Below, piece after piece: positions 21,966-23,150 of a DNA stretch of 23,150 bases (the first letter of the stretch is position 1; every line of letters starts with the position of its first letter). Both the position numbers and the translations under genes were made by a program. The notes below the pieces were generated by a model. That model saw only the letters and a list, made by a program, of their open reading frames with translations, did no database searches and had not been told where the DNA came from. Source of the stretch: an uncultured Candidatus Poseidoniales archaeon (lineage in GTDB: Archaea > Thermoplasmatota > Poseidoniia > Poseidoniales > Thalassarchaeaceae). The stretch spans positions 1 to 23,150 of the forward strand of contig CAZXZO010000027.1 in the NCBI GenBank assembly GCA_964645485.1, read 5' to 3'.

Positions 21966-23009
21966 ATGTCAGATAAAACAAAAGCAGAAATTGAACAGAA
22001 AAAAGTTAATGAAATTAAGAGACGAGCATTCTCCAACAGGAATGTTATCGGTTCTGCAAAACGACCTTCACAAGTAAGAAAAATTGAGGGTCATGAAGGA
22101 CCTTGTACTGAGTGTGGTGCAATCGAATGGGATTTAGATTCTGTTCGTGGTGAAGTTGTCTGTCAATCCTGCGGATTAGTGGTTGAGAAAGACGTCATTG
22201 ACCCTGGGGCCGAATGGGTAAACCACGGAGAAGGCCCAGATAGATCAAGAGTTGGCGCGCCACCAACTCTCACTCTTTCGGATAAGGGATTGAACACTAG
22301 CATTAGCAGAGGTGACCTAATGGGGTCCCGAGCAAAAATCCATGGTATTTCAGGCAAAGCACTGAGAGATTGGCGACGAAGAGCCGTTATTGATGACAGG
22401 TCAAAGACTCGAAGTAGCCGGGCTCGAAATCTCGTTAAAGCAATGCAATTCATTAGAGATAAGTCAAGGTTGCCAAGACAGCATCAAGAAGAGGCAGCAG
22501 CATTCTATCGAAAATCCGCTGAAAAAGGCTTAGTTACGGGCCGAAGCATCCAAGGAGTCGCTGCAGCATGTGTCTATCTTGCCGCTAGAGAAGCAGGAAT
22601 TCCTCGAAGAGTTGAGGATATTGCAGAAGCATTTGACATGGAAGATGAAATGAAACTCAAAGAGTTGAAGAGAACTATTCGACTCGTTTCACGAGAATTA
22701 GGCGCGCACAGAATTACTGGGCCAGAGGAGTATCTTGACAAATTCACAAGTGATTTGGGGCTCCCACCTCAAGTTCTTGGTGCCGCCAACAGTCTTTGGG
22801 ACCGAGTTGGAGGCTCATTAGAGTGGCAAGGCAAGAAGCCTAGTGGAGTTGCTGGAGTAATTATCTACAAGGCTGCACAAATGAGAGGCAATGCAAGAAC
22901 TCAGGCAGATGTCTGTGCAGTTGCAGGTGTTAGTGAGGTTACTCTCAGAGGCCTTCTAAGATTACTTGAGAGAATCCTTGACCAAATTGGTGAAAGTTCA
23001 TTCAACTGA
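21966..23009 (+). CDS. tfb: Transcription initiation factor IIB (TFB)
   Basis: Zn ribbon CTECG...CQSCG, GAEW...RSRVGAP B-reader, two cyclin repeats (GRSIQGVAAACVYLAAR; GKKPSGVAG) and HTH TQADVCAVAGVSEVTLR. Confidence 0.96.
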   Translation: MSDKTKAEIEQKKVNEIKRRAFSNRNVIGSAKRPSQVRKIEGHEGPCTECGAIEWDLDSVRGEVVCQSCGLVVEKDVIDPGAEWVNHGEGPDRSRVGAPPTLTLSDKGLNTSISRGDLMGSRAKIHGISGKALRDWRRRAVIDDRSKTRSSRARNLVKAMQFIRDKSRLPRQHQEEAAAFYRKSAEKGLVTGRSIQGVAAACVYLAAREAGIPRRVEDIAEAFDMEDEMKLKELKRTIRLVSRELGAHRITGPEEYLDKFTSDLGLPPQVLGAANSLWDRVGGSLEWQGKKPSGVAGVIIYKAAQMRGNARTQADVCAVAGVSEVTLRGLLRLLERILDQIGESSFN

Positions 23010-23150
23010 AGAATAATTTTTCACCTGAGGGATGTGAATCCTCAATCTGGACTGAGCCCTCATTTCAATTCATTCGCGAAGGAAGGTTGAGGACGCTAGA
23101 GTTGCTTGCAACTCGTCGCGCCCCCGGAGGGGGTTCAAACTCGAAATCTC

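Noticed and set aside
153-22453. Numerous antisense or alternate-frame ORFs (e.g. 153-680, 2773-3198, 5708-6169, 7640-8056, 8866-9351, 11822-12178, 19156-19536, 22163-22453)
   Set aside because: They lie entirely within well-supported genes, show shadow-ORF composition (Ser/Pro/Ile-rich) and have no family motifs.
23116-23150. 3' half of a tRNA on the minus strand
   Set aside because: It superficially resembles an acceptor stem plus T-arm, but the T-loop would be TTTGAAC and the T-stem does not pair. The window also ends here.
1-23150. CRISPR array, transposase/integrase, rRNA
   Set aside because: I saw no regularly spaced repeats, terminal inverted repeats, recombinase motifs or rRNA signatures.

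Overview
Archaeal chromosomal window. The archaeal information-processing genes (aIF2-gamma, uL16/L10e, eL40, TFB, Dph2, UPF0147) together with a bacterial-type mutS-mutL pair suggest Thermoplasmatota, most likely Marine Group II/Poseidoniales; this is an inference and was not tested by any search. Left part: translation and purine-salvage housekeeping genes (eif2g, PIN nuclease, wHTH regulator, dph2, hpt, rpl10e), then a doubly membrane-anchored propeller-like protein, an EamA transporter and mutS-mutL. The most interesting region is a co-oriented minus-strand run at 17948->11704. It contains an A24 prepilin peptidase, a pilin-like protein fused to a lamin-tail domain, three consecutive KaiC/RecA-fold proteins (one intact ATPase, one truncated P-loop-dead domain, one pseudo-ATPase that keeps its arginine finger), an archaeal pilin and aroA. 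This looks like a KaiC-type switch coupled to type IV pilins, with no assembly ATPase or platform gene in the window. Right part: UPF0147, a propeller-like hypothetical protein, an MBL hydrolase with an altered metal motif, rpl40e, a small basic Zn-finger protein, purA and a divergent TFB. I saw no CRISPR array, rRNA, intact tRNA or mobile element.
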